Part shown: positions 48,188 through 57,900 of the stretch, in pieces
Numbering within the stretch: the stretch's first letter is position 1
Layout of the letters: every line of letters starts with the position of its first letter
Source: Escherichia coli
GTDB taxonomy: Bacteria; Pseudomonadota; Gammaproteobacteria; Enterobacterales; Enterobacteriaceae
DNA length: 64,000 nucleotides
Reading direction: 5' to 3' (one strand)
Assembly: GCF_041248615.1 (NCBI RefSeq)
Contig: NZ_CP158425.1
Translations under genes and position numbers: made by a program
Notes under the pieces: model-generated
Databases searched by the model: none
What the model saw: the letters and a program-made list of their open reading frames with translations, nothing else
Told to the model about the DNA's origin: nothing

Positions 48188-49276
48188 TTAGCTGGCGTTG
48201 CTGTTCTTTTTCTGGCTTCGAAGACTACGAATATAGCGCAGTTCTTCAGCGGTTAAATCATGGACGGTAAGAACATCATCGCCGTCAATCGGGTCAGCTG
48301 GTGGGCATAACTCACCTTCTAAAACAGAAGACCCTGAGTTCTCTTCTTCATCTTCAACCACTTCTAAAGGAGGCTGAGTATTGTTCAAATTCAGATCGGG
48401 ATCCCGCTTATGAATCTGGAAGTATACTTTTCCGTCTTTCTTAATTTCGGTGTACTTGAGGTATCCTATCGATGCCAACTCTTCAAGAGCCTTTCTCACG
48501 GTAGCATTCTGACTATTTGCTCGTGTTTTGAGGTTCAGACGATTTTTCAGCCGAGTAAGGGATATCGGTATAGGATTTGGCGGTAATGACTCTATGAACG
48601 TATAGAGAGCCTGGGCGCTTTCCTTCTTGGCCAACTCCTTAATTGCCTTCAGCTGCATCAAAACCTTATGATCGTATTGATAGAGCTCGAAAATCTTAGG
48701 ATCAACCTGAAGGACAACCTGATCTGATTCCGGGTCTAACAGGGCAGACTGTACCAGATGCGTTGTATAGACTTTGGACGAGTTATTACTGGTGAACGAC
48801 AAGGTAACGGATGCTAACCTGCGTAAGGAGGCGTCTATACGTTTTCTGGACGCTGTAGATGAGCGATAATTTTCAGGCGTACATAGCTTGAGGAATTCAG
48901 TGAATTTTAAGCTTATCGTGTCATTGTTAATCGGATGATTGGCATAGGTTCGAATGATGCCCATCCACGTCTTAAAATCTACTGACATATTAAGACGCTC
49001 ACCGACAATTGAAATATTGGTGAACCCCTCGCTCTCCATTAAAGAGAGCGTCTGTAACTCTTTCGTTGCGTCAAAGCCAACCGTTTTATATTCCCGATTT
49101 TGACGCCCCACACTCTTTGGTGATGGGACGAACAGCCCGAGCCGCATCAAAGCAATAGACTGCACCGTACGGTTGCTGTTAGGACGCAAAATGATGTCTT
49201 TACCTGATTCTTTCTCTCTAACAGAGAAAGCCCTGGTGACCAGGTCCTGCTGCTCAGTATCTTTCTCTTTAGTCAT
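48188..49276 (-). CDS. repA: Replication initiator RepA, P1/RepFIB type, with an acidic C-terminal extension
   Basis: [28 protein letters not shown] and [31 protein letters not shown] align with the P1 RepA blocks [28 protein letters not shown] and [31 protein letters not shown] (from memory). Iterons flank the gene on both sides. Confidence 0.85.
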   Translation of the reverse strand: [362 protein letters not shown]

Positions 49277-49339
49277 AATTAGTTATCACTGAATGTGTAA
49301 ACAGATTGGTGAATAGTAAGCCCCAGCGAACTCTATGTC

Positions 49340-49490
49340 ACTGGATGGATCATTGTGATGATCCATATCTGTGCATAAGTTCTACCTAAAAAAACGACTC
49401 CACTCATTAAAACTTGGCAAAAACTCTTTGCATACAATGACCTGCAACTCTTATCAACAACGGATCAGATCAAGTTAAAAAGATCTAATG
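49340..49490. promoter_or_regulatory. GATC-rich repA promoter/origin-proximal region
   Basis: GATC at 49348, 49360, 49463, 49468 and 49482. Palindrome GGATCAT-TGTG-ATGATCC at 49347-49364. AT-rich. Confidence 0.5.
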
Positions 49491-49495
49491 AAAAG

Positions 49496-49593
49496 TCACT
49501 ACTATTGTCGCTCTGATCACTACTGATGTCAAAAAACTCATTACCAACGTTATAATAATCACTACTAATGTCAAAATAATCACTACTGTTGTC
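49496..49593. repeat. Origin iteron set 1: five direct repeats at exact 21-bp spacing
   Basis: TCACTACTATTGTC (49496), TCACTACTGATGTC (49517), TCATTACCAACGTT (49538), TCACTACTAATGTC (49559), TCACTACTGTTGTC (49580). Confidence 0.85.
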
Positions 49594-49796
49594 ACTGATC
49601 ACGTCTCAGGCCTTGTGCCGTCTGGCCTGGAGGCAGCGGGGATCTCTTTTGATCTATCAGGAACACTAAGGTACTAATTATTGGAACTACCTTGTGGAAA
49701 ATGGGGATAAATAAATGCTTAGTTCTTATACAGGTCTCAACTTGCCTCCCTGATAAAAACTGTCGTCAAAGCTAAATCACAGCCACAGGCATTTTC

Positions 49797-49805
49797 GGTG
49801 GATAA
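49797..49805. promoter_or_regulatory. DnaA-box-like sequence
   Basis: GGTGGATAA is the reverse complement of TTATCCACC, an 8/9 match to TTATCCACA. It lies between the two iteron sets. Confidence 0.3.
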
Positions 49806-49918
49806 ATTTTTGAGAAATAGAAGCATACATGCAGACTCGTGTCGCAAGTAATTGAAAGTAATGATTTATTTAAATAATGCGAGTCACCTTACCTCACAGT
49901 GGAAGTTTAAGTCTAACC

Positions 49919-50017
49919 TCACTACCATTGTCACTTAAAATCATTACCAACGTCGAAATAGTCTCTACCATTGTCTTTTAAGTCACTCCCGTTGTCACTT
50001 ATGTCGCTACTGTTGTC
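49919..50017. repeat. Origin iteron set 2: five direct repeats at 21-22-bp spacing
   Basis: TCACTACCATTGTC (49919), TCATTACCAACGTC (49941), TCTCTACCATTGTC (49962), TCACTCCCGTTGTC (49983), TCGCTACTGTTGTC (50004). Confidence 0.85.
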
Positions 50018-50245
50018 AGTGACAATGCTCCAGCCCAGTAACCATGCGGCCTACAGCGTACCGGGATCTTCTTTGTACTCTCTGGCACCTTTGGGATCAT
50101 TTATTGGATCTACATGAGGGATAAAATCTTTTGACGATTTCGTAGTGCAGTTATACCAGCGACTTAGCAAGACAAAAGCTGCAATTTAGTGACGAGTTAC
50201 TAGTCTGCCCAACAAGAGCAATGCAGAGAAGATATGTGGTGAAAT

Positions 50246-50279
50246 GACCATGGTAGTGAGTCTAATCACTACCATGGTC
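50246..50279. repeat. Isolated inverted iteron pair
   Basis: GACCATGGTAGTGA (50246-50259), 6 nt, then TCACTACCATGGTC (50266-50279). Confidence 0.8.
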
Positions 50280-50383
50280 CGCAGTAAGCGTTACTTACGC
50301 AATGAACGTCGGACTGATTTGCAACAACATGGGCTACGGCGCATCAGAAGGCGGCCGTTGTGCTTCAGCAAAACAGCCCTGCT

Positions 50384-52840
50384 TTATTTTAATTCTTCAA
50401 TGTTAATCATGAACTCAGATCTGCCAGTAAGGCCGGATACAGCAGGGAAAATAGGAAAGCTACGGCTGTCCCCGAGCCCCAAATCCAGTTGAAGCTCTTT
50501 GCTTTCACCTGGCATCGCAGAAACGCCATTTACAGTCACGCCGAATGCAGCGTCCTTACGGACAGTAAGCACTGCGTCCTGAAGCCCTGTAGCGATTGAA
50601 CCATCCTTTTTACGCAGCTGGCTGGCATACAGAACAGCCAGAGCAGTATTGTCAGATGTTTTGAGAGAAGCATTGACAGCTAAGGTTTTCAGATTCTCTA
50701 GCCTGACGAGATTGTTTGGAAGGTAGTTAAATTCGACTGAGCTTTCTTTAACGTTGTTCATCTCATCTTTGGCCTGAACTGTGAGAGTGTATGTTTCGCC
50801 TTCATTAAGAGACGGAAAGATCTTGGGATAATTAGGTGCATACAGGTTGTTTCCCAGATTCACCCAAGACAATTCCACCGCATCAGAAACAGGGCCACCG
50901 CGAAGAGTCATACGGCTTAAGGATGGTTTAGTTAGAGCATCGGTGAGCTGTATACGGACGTTCTCCAGCCCATATACTGTTACGTTTTTGCTGATCGGTT
51001 TTCCTTCGTAGCTAATACTTACAGATGGTGCTGTATTATCAACGACAACTGTTTGATAAGGGAGGTTACCGGTATTGTTGAATGTATCTTGGGCATTAAT
51101 CACCACGTTATAACTGCCTTCTGGTACCTCTTTCATGTTGAACTCATACGTGTAGTTCCCAGACGCCATATTTCTACCTGTTTGTTTGCCGGTTACGCTT
51201 ATTTCTGCGTTGTTACGGTTTTTATCTGACAACCAAACTCGATTTACATAAACATGGTCGAAATATGAACCATCTCCAGGTTGATTCACGTAAACCTGGA
51301 GAATGTTGGTGGTTTCATTGTAATCAAATCCAGTGACGGAGGGACCCAGTGTATGCCAGGCTATATTCTCCCATATAGGGGCAAAGAAGGTTGCTTCGGT
51401 GGTTGACCTTACTTCATAGCCACTATGAAGATAACCGGTAGTGCCATTTATAATATCCTGGGGCAAAGAGACGGTACAGGTTGTTGAGCCAGCTGGAATA
51501 CTGCATGTTGCTCCGCCAGTGATTTTTTGATCATATGGCCTGGCCTGTACATTGAATCGGATATTAGTAAGTTTTATAGGCATATCAGATGCCTTGAACA
51601 GGTTCCAGTTTACGCTGTTGAACCATGTTCCATCAGCCTTTTGTCGTTCTATGGGTGAACTTCCCCAAGCCGGACTCTTTACAGAGGCAGGATCCCAGTT
51701 GAGCCAGCTGGCATACTGACCAAGATCTCCTCCAGACCATTGATATGTATTCACAGGTCTATAGTAGTTTCCATCTAAGGCACCCTGTGGCAGCTTAACT
51801 TCCACGTAGACATAGGTGGCATCTTCGGAAAGGACCTGTACTCCGCCATAGTTATTGGTAATGCTCATGCCACCATTTCGATATGGCTTCCAGTTAGTTC
51901 TTGGGATACGTATAACCAACTTGTAGGGGTTTTCCAGCACTGTAAGGCCTCGTTTAAACGGGACGTATCCCGAAGAAATGCCGGGTACAACACTGGTGCT
52001 TACACGTGAGTCATGAACTGCAAATGGCGTAAATTCTCCCATTTGATCGTCATATAAAAACCGCTGGGGAGGAATGTTAAGCGTATTTCCTGCCAGGTCC
52101 GTAACGATGAAATTGAAGGTGAATTCTTCATCAAGATCACTTGAGGGCATGCCAGCCTGGGTGTTCATATCTTTAATCCACGGATAGAACGCACGTTTAT
52201 TGGCTGTGTCATAACTCAGGTTATTGTCGGAGACCACAGAACCATTACTTCGTTTAATGACAAGACGGATCTTGTCAATTCCACTAGCATCCTCAATACC
52301 GTCTGCAAATATAGAAAACTGGCCACTACCGCCTCGGCCCAACTCCCAAAGTGGCCCAGAAAGTACCATGTCGTAACCTGCGTTTTGACTCGGATAAATA
52401 CTCTTATAGCGTGGAGGAGTTGTATCAACGATGAAATGATAAGTAGATGTGCTCACTACAGTCTGGCGAATATCCAGAGTTTCATTGACTACAGTAAAGG
52501 TCCCTTCTCCGAGCGCCGGTAGAACCATATCCTTTCCATAGTATTCTGTTCCATCGGCAGCAACGATACGATCTGCAACGCTCGTTTTGGTCGAGACGGA
52601 GGAATACATAACCTTTTTATCGCTGTCTCGTGTGACCGTCACTCGCTCGTACCGATCAAGACCCGATATCAAGTTCAGAGTCAAAACACCAGCGGGATTA
52701 AGATATGTTTGTGTTGCAGGTTTGATATTCCGAACAGCCTTATTGGTATCTGTAAATGAGTAGCTAAATACCTGAGCATGTGCCGAAGATACAGTAGCAA
52801 GGGCAGTTGCAACCATGCAGCCAATTAGAGTTTTACGCAT
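50384..52840 (-). CDS. Secreted large beta-rich (Ig-like repeat?) protein, paralog C
   Basis: GGAG RBS. Signal peptide MRKTLIGCMVATALATVSSAHA. C-terminus SEFMINIEELK against SEFMIQIDELK in paralog B. Confidence 0.7.
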   Translation of the reverse strand: MRKTLIGCMVATALATVSSAHAQVFSYSFTDTNKAVRNIKPATQTYLNPAGVLTLNLISGLDRYERVTVTRDSDKKVMYSSVSTKTSVADRIVAADGTEYYGKDMVLPALGEGTFTVVNETLDIRQTVVSTSTYHFIVDTTPPRYKSIYPSQNAGYDMVLSGPLWELGRGGSGQFSIFADGIEDASGIDKIRLVIKRSNGSVVSDNNLSYDTANKRAFYPWIKDMNTQAGMPSSDLDEEFTFNFIVTDLAGNTLNIPPQRFLYDDQMGEFTPFAVHDSRVSTSVVPGISSGYVPFKRGLTVLENPYKLVIRIPRTNWKPYRNGGMSITNNYGGVQVLSEDATYVYVEVKLPQGALDGNYYRPVNTYQWSGGDLGQYASWLNWDPASVKSPAWGSSPIERQKADGTWFNSVNWNLFKASDMPIKLTNIRFNVQARPYDQKITGGATCSIPAGSTTCTVSLPQDIINGTTGYLHSGYEVRSTTEATFFAPIWENIAWHTLGPSVTGFDYNETTNILQVYVNQPGDGSYFDHVYVNRVWLSDKNRNNAEISVTGKQTGRNMASGNYTYEFNMKEVPEGSYNVVINAQDTFNNTGNLPYQTVVVDNTAPSVSISYEGKPISKNVTVYGLENVRIQLTDALTKPSLSRMTLRGGPVSDAVELSWVNLGNNLYAPNYPKIFPSLNEGETYTLTVQAKDEMNNVKESSVEFNYLPNNLVRLENLKTLAVNASLKTSDNTALAVLYASQLRKKDGSIATGLQDAVLTVRKDAAFGVTVNGVSAMPGESKELQLDLGLGDSRSFPIFPAVSGLTGRSEFMINIEELK

Positions 52841-52994
52841 ATGATGCTCCGGGAATAGGTTATAGCCTTATTCTACGGATTCAGCCTACAAGGTCCGGTC
52901 GGATAAAGTGATAATTTGCCTGTTAAAAGAGACATCAAGTGAGAAAGCAACCAACGTACAGAATGCAAAATGGCGGCAGTGCATCTGGATGACG

Positions 52995-53009
52995 CAAAAG
53001 TAACTTTTT
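52995..53009. promoter_or_regulatory. Palindromic operator-like site, copy 11 (upstream of paralog C)
   Basis: CAAAAGTAACTTTTT. Confidence 0.5.
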
Positions 53010-53059
53010 GTATCCACTTTTTTGGATTTTAGCCTTCAAAATGAGTATTCAACCAATCA

Positions 53060-53074
53060 TAAAAGTAACTTTTG
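53060..53074. promoter_or_regulatory. Palindromic operator-like site, copy 12 (upstream of paralog C)
   Basis: TAAAAGTAACTTTTG followed by ATAG. Confidence 0.5.
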
Positions 53075-53212
53075 ATAGACGCTGCTCCTTTATGTTTGCC
53101 AATTGTGCTGATATGTTTGTAAATTCAAGGAAGCGAGATTTTAAAAGCATCTGTTGAGTCAAATTTATGTAAAATAACAGGGAAACCATCACTTCTAGGT
53201 TGAGGAAACCCA

Positions 53213-53839
53213 ATGTTATACATGCTCTTATGCTGTTTTCTGATGCTCAACAGTACATTCGTTATGTTCAGAGCAATGTCTGCAATAAGTAAAGGATCCG
53301 CTAAAGAAAACCGGTCTGAAATATCGCTGATAGTCCTAGCAACACTTGGAATCGCATCACCATTCATTGTCGCAATGATTACTATTAATGAAAGTATGAC
53401 ATCTAAAACAGTAACAGATTTTTCTTTGGGTGCTCAGTGGTACGGAATGGTTTCAGCGGTAGCGCTAATGGGGTTATATGCTCGACGCGTTTGGAAAGAG
53501 AAGAAGTCCTTATTTACTGGCGCTTTCCTGGCCTCTTCCTTAATGGCCTTTATTTTTACTGACAGCCTTGTTTTCGTATCCCAGAAGGACACCGGCGTTC
53601 TGGCTACTTTCGTACTCGATAAAAACGCTGGAGATATTGATTGTAGTCGCCCGGCTATGATTGTCCATTACAGTAAAGGTGTTCCAACGGACTGGCGTTG
53701 CCCAACCAGTATCATGTTGATGGCGTATTCTTCATATCCTTTTTTACCCTGGCCTGAGTATAGCCATGGTACCAGCCAGTCTCTTACGGTTGTTATTGAT
53801 ACATTTATGGAAAACGCTGTTAATCTCAGCCAAAAATAA
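53213..53839 (+). CDS. Polytopic membrane protein
   Basis: GAGGAA RBS. At least five hydrophobic segments. Confidence 0.55.
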   Translation: MLYMLLCCFLMLNSTFVMFRAMSAISKGSAKENRSEISLIVLATLGIASPFIVAMITINESMTSKTVTDFSLGAQWYGMVSAVALMGLYARRVWKEKKSLFTGAFLASSLMAFIFTDSLVFVSQKDTGVLATFVLDKNAGDIDCSRPAMIVHYSKGVPTDWRCPTSIMLMAYSSYPFLPWPEYSHGTSQSLTVVIDTFMENAVNLSQK

Positions 53840-53844
53840 AAAAT

Positions 53845-53866
53845 AAACCTCTCTAGTGAGAGGTTT
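53845..53866. terminator. Bidirectional rho-independent terminator
   Basis: AAACCTCTC-TAGT-GAGAGGTTT, a 9-bp stem between convergent genes. A-run before it and T-run after it. Confidence 0.65.
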
Positions 53867-53896
53867 TATAAACCTGAGCCACCAATCTAATTAACT

Positions 53897-54178
53897 CTAT
53901 ATTTTTGTTTTAGCTTTTTTAAAGATAGACTTACCGAATAAAACAGCAATTATAGAGCAAAGGCCTGGCGTTAGGACAAAAGCTAATAATGCACTGCCAA
54001 AACTTGTCATTTCAGGCACCAGGAACCAGCTGATAGGCCACGTCAGGGCTGGTAAATTTAGCGGATCATAAAGCGCATGTAGAGCGCTTAACACACAGTA
54101 AAGTGCTAAAAAGCAAACTAGATAAACAACGATCCACATTTTAATTTGCTCAGCAATTTCAAATTTTGGACTGCCCAT
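53897..54178 (-). CDS. Small membrane protein
   Basis: 93 aa with three hydrophobic helices. Overlaps the upstream gene by 20 nt. Confidence 0.5.
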   Translation of the reverse strand: MGSPKFEIAEQIKMWIVVYLVCFLALYCVLSALHALYDPLNLPALTWPISWFLVPEMTSFGSALLAFVLTPGLCSIIAVLFGKSIFKKAKTKI

Positions 54179-54620
54179 GCTTTACCTCAGTGGCTGAATA
54201 TTGATGGTTAATATCTTTAATCACCCGTAAGCACTTAGTGCATACCTTAGTTCGATTTGTCTGCTTGTCCAGAGTGTATTTAACTTCAAGTTGACCTCCA
54301 GCATTAAGCAAAGTGAGCATCTCATCTTCTAACACGCTTCGGTAAATGGTCTTGGCCGAGAGTGTGCCCGGTAAAGAGTACTCAACATAATTGTTTGAAA
54401 CTCTTACCGATTTAGGGATTTTACCACTGAGCTGGGTTTCATTCGTTGAAGGCATTACAGTTACTTTAATCACAGTTGCCGGTGACCAGAAATCCTGATA
54501 ACGCACTTTATGAATTTTATCAGCTCTAAGGCCTAACCACACATTTCCGGCGATAAGAACAATAAGCAATCCATAAACTGATCGTCGAATGTTACGCCTT
54601 TTAATCACAATGTCCCCCAT
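54159..54620 (-). CDS. Membrane-anchored hypothetical protein
   Basis: 153 aa with an N-terminal TM segment YGLLIVLIAGNVWLGL. Exact start uncertain. Confidence 0.5.
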   Translation of the reverse strand: MGDIVIKRRNIRRSVYGLLIVLIAGNVWLGLRADKIHKVRYQDFWSPATVIKVTVMPSTNETQLSGKIPKSVRVSNNYVEYSLPGTLSAKTIYRSVLEDEMLTLLNAGGQLEVKYTLDKQTNRTKVCTKCLRVIKDINHQYSATEVKHGQSKI

Positions 54621-54668
54621 CCCTCAAATATCATTCTAAATAACTGCACCAGGATATCATGAGCGTAA

Positions 54669-54845
54669 TTAATAGAATTCTTCATAACCGGGGTTTTCAG
54701 TTGAGTTTGCGGACTCTTTACTTTGCGGTTTCTCACCCTCTAGTTGAGTATCCCTGACAGGCTTGGATTTACCCATGCTCCTCTGAAAGGTATCCATAAC
54801 AAACTCAATATCTTCTTCTGGCAGGCTGGTGGGTTGGTTGCTCAT
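54669..54845 (-). CDS. Small hypothetical protein (58 aa, below the track cutoff)
   Basis: ATGA overlap with the stop of the methyltransferase gene (54842-54845). Reads MSNQPTSLPEEDIEFVMDTF...NPGYEEFY*. Confidence 0.35.
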   Translation of the reverse strand: MSNQPTSLPEEDIEFVMDTFQRSMGKSKPVRDTQLEGEKPQSKESANSTENPGYEEFY

Positions 54846-55967
54846 AGGACTTCCTCTTGTTGAATACGTTCGGCGTACAGGATGCGAACCGAAACGGTCG
54901 TGTTTTCAAACTCGTTCTCAAAAACGTCCATCCATTCCGTCCGGAATTCTTCCCCCAAAAGGTTATCGAGCCCCTGAAGAGATAATGGAAGAACGGCTGC
55001 TAGAGATCCCCCGGCTGCGAGATGAGATGCAGCTGCCTGGAGATGCCGCCTGGCCCGGTTATCGGCAAAAGGTGGGTTCATCACGACATAATCAAACTTC
55101 TTCTGTTGATTAGACTTAGACCATGTGAGGAAGTCAGCTTCTGTCGTATCGTATCCCTTAGCCCGGGAGATAAGGCAATTCAAAGTATCAAGCTCGATGC
55201 CAGTAACGATCACACCGGCAGGGAATGATTTAAGCAAATCCGCATGGCCAATATTAGGCTCCAGGAGGGTATCCCCTTCCCCTGCACCAAGCAGGGAAGA
55301 TACATATTCGCTGATTCGGCAAGATGAAGGGTAAAACTGATGCGATACAATATCAGGCATCTCCCCTATCTGGCCGATGTAACGAATAACCTCACACGGA
55401 TCATAGGAAAATGTCACATCGTATTTTGTTACTGTTGCCCCTAAGAACCGAAGGGTGTCAGCGGCAACACTCGAAGATTTGCGTTCGGCGAGAGACCCTA
55501 AAGATGTCCAGCAACTCCATTTATTGTCCCCGTCATTTTTAAACATCAGTTCAGAAAGCTGCATCCGGGTATCAAAGTCGATGCACTGCTTAAGTACAGG
55601 GAATGCCTCCAAAGATTTCTTGCTATGAGCCATACGGTCGGCAGGTAATGCCAGCGGTACGATAGCTGATAAAATATTGTTAAGCCGCTCGGCGATATCA
55701 GGGTGGACGTCAATATGCATTGATCCATTTTTGTAAACCCTGAAACGAATACTGTTGCCATCGATGCAGATCCATTTTCTGAACCCCTCATGTTCGACCA
55801 ACGCCTCAACCAATGATTTGGTGTTATGGATCGCCTTCACCTGTTCGCCACGGAAGAATGCGCATATAACGCGGAGCTCGCTCAGCGGTGAAATGCCAGA
55901 CTCTTTAAAATCCTGAACCGCCCCGGGAATCCTGGAGACTAAACTTCCTGAGAAAGAGGTAAACAGG

Positions 55968-56294
55968 ATGACTAAAAATACTCGTTTTTCCCCCGAAGTC
56001 CGTCAACGGGCAGTCCGTATGGTTCTGGAAAGTCAGGATGAATATGACTCACAGTGGGCGGCAATTTGTTCCATTGCCCCAAAGATTGGCTGTACGCCGG
56101 AGACTCTGCGTGTCTGGGTTCGCCAGCATGAGCGGGATACCGGGGGCGGTGATGGTGGGCTCACCAGCGCTGAACGTCAGCGTCTGAAAGAGCTGGAACG
56201 TGAAAATCGTGAACTGCGCCGCAGTAACGATATCCTTCGCCAGGCTTCCGCTTATTTTGCGAAGGCGGAGTTCGACCGCCTCTGGAAAAAATGA
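55968..56294 (+). CDS. IS3-family transposase OrfA
   Basis: 108 aa; differs from copy 1 at a few residues ([18 protein letters not shown]). Confidence 0.9.
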   Translation: MTKNTRFSPEVRQRAVRMVLESQDEYDSQWAAICSIAPKIGCTPETLRVWVRQHERDTGGGDGGLTSAERQRLKELERENRELRRSNDILRQASAYFAKAEFDRLWKK

Positions 56295-57181
56295 TGCCAC
56301 TGCTGGATAAGCTGCGTGAGCAGTACGGGGTCGGACCGGTATGCAGCGAACTGCATATTGCCCCGTCAACGTATTACCATTGTCAGCAACAGCGACATCA
56401 TCCGGATAAACGCAGTGCCCGTGCGCAGCACGATGACTGGCTGAAGAGAGAGATACAGCGCGTATACGATGAAAATCATCAGGTGTACGGTGTGCGTAAA
56501 GTCTGGCGTCAGTTGTTACGGGAAGGAATCAGGGTGGCCAGATGTACAGTGGCGCGCCTCATGGCGGTTATGGGACTTGCCGGTGTTCTCCGGGGTAAAA
56601 AGGTCCGTACGACCATCAGCCGGAAAGCCGTTGCCGCAGGCGACCGCGTAAACCGTCAGTTCGTGGCAGAACGACCTGACCAGCTGTGGGTGGCTGATTT
56701 TACTTACGTCAGCACATGGCGGGGCTTCGTCTATGTGGCGTTCATCATTGATGTGTTTGCCGGATACATCGTGGGGTGGCGGGTCTCATCGTCCATGGAA
56801 ACGACATTCGTGCTGGATGCACTGGAGCAGGCGTTATGGGCCCGTCGACCGTCCGGCACGGTCCATCACAGTGATAAAGGTTCTCAGTATGTATCGCTGG
56901 CCTACACACAGCGGCTTAAGGAAGCCGGATTACTGGCATCAACAGGAAGTACAGGCGACTCGTATGACAACGCGATGGCGGAGAGCATCAATGGTCTTTA
57001 CAAAGCGGAGGTAATACACCGTAAGAGCTGGAAAAACCGTGCAGAAGTGGAACTGGCCACACTCACGTGGGTGGACTGGTATAACAATCGACGATTGCTG
57101 GAAAGGCTGGGCCATACTCCTCCGGCAGAAGCAGAAAAAGCTTATTATGCTTCCATCGGAAACGATGATCTGGCAGCCTGA
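56291..57181 (+). CDS. IS3-family transposase OrfB
   Basis: 296 aa, near-identical to copy 1 OrfB. Confidence 0.9.
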   Translation: MMPLLDKLREQYGVGPVCSELHIAPSTYYHCQQQRHHPDKRSARAQHDDWLKREIQRVYDENHQVYGVRKVWRQLLREGIRVARCTVARLMAVMGLAGVLRGKKVRTTISRKAVAAGDRVNRQFVAERPDQLWVADFTYVSTWRGFVYVAFIIDVFAGYIVGWRVSSSMETTFVLDALEQALWARRPSGTVHHSDKGSQYVSLAYTQRLKEAGLLASTGSTGDSYDNAMAESINGLYKAEVIHRKSWKNRAEVELATLTWVDWYNNRRLLERLGHTPPAEAEKAYYASIGNDDLAA

Positions 57182-57900
57182 GTTCACAGATAAAACACTC
57201 TCCAGGAAACCCGGGGCGGTTCAATCCACCCTTAATTTCTGCCAGGGGTATTTAGACGGCTCGCAAACTCCGGTAGTGATCATGCGGGTGGAGAACCCAA
57301 AAGCTTTGTTTGTCTTGTGACTGCGGCTCAGAGACTGGAAGACGTCGTAAACCCTTTCTTTAATAAATTGATTGCGGTCATTAAGCAAAGCAACGACTGT
57401 GCCCACTACAGCGTCAGCTGTGAAATCAGGGATCACCTGAGGCGGCATAATATAACGGTCGGCCGTAAACTGCTTATCCCATTCGTTACGTTTGGCATCC
57501 GACATGATAGGCAAAACATCAGTGAGTGCCATAACGCGTTTCCAGTATTCTGATCTCAGAGCGTTTTCTGCGAACAAGGCATCCGCTTCTGAGATGCTGT
57601 GGTTGTAGCCTGAGAGATAAGAATAAAGTTTCTGGTGATTGTGGGTTTTGAACTGGACAGCCATGAGTTTCAACAAGCAGAGTTCATCATTATAGGACTC
57701 AACAAGATCCGCGATAATGCCGAGCTCTTTGCGCATATCTGGAAGAAATGTTTCAGGAGAGCTAACCACCAGGCTATGAGAGGTTGTTAAAGCCAGTACG
57801 CTGTGACCTGCATTATCGGGTTTAGCTTCAGAATCAAGAGATGACATTTTACCGGTCCTTTAGAAAAAACTTTTACCAGGATAGCAACGTCGCTCAGTAA

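Larger units (their letters stand above)
55914..57223 (+). mobile_element. IS629/IS1203-type insertion sequence (IS3 family), copy 2
   Basis: 1310 bp with the same termini as copy 1. 4-bp ATCC target duplication (55910-55913 and 57224-57227). A few substitutions relative to copy 1. Confidence 0.9.
54842..57847 (-). pseudogene. Two-domain N6-adenine-type DNA methyltransferase (NPPF) split by IS629
   Basis: Removing 55914-57223 and one ATCC copy joins ...KYPWQKLRVD to FKESGISPLSELRVICAFFRGEQVKAIHNTK... in frame. The C-terminal half carries LLEPNIGHADLL and FDYVVMNPPF. Confidence 0.75.

Noticed and set aside
53125-53367. 80-aa minus-strand ORF overlapping the start of 53213-53839
   Set aside because: It has no RBS. 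It overlaps the better-supported plus-strand membrane protein gene and sits in the promoter/operator region of paralog C.
18125-57223. Composite transposon bounded by the two IS629 copies
   Set aside because: Each copy has its own distinct flanking target duplication (TCC; ATCC) and splits a different gene. They are therefore independent insertions, not the ends of one transposed unit.
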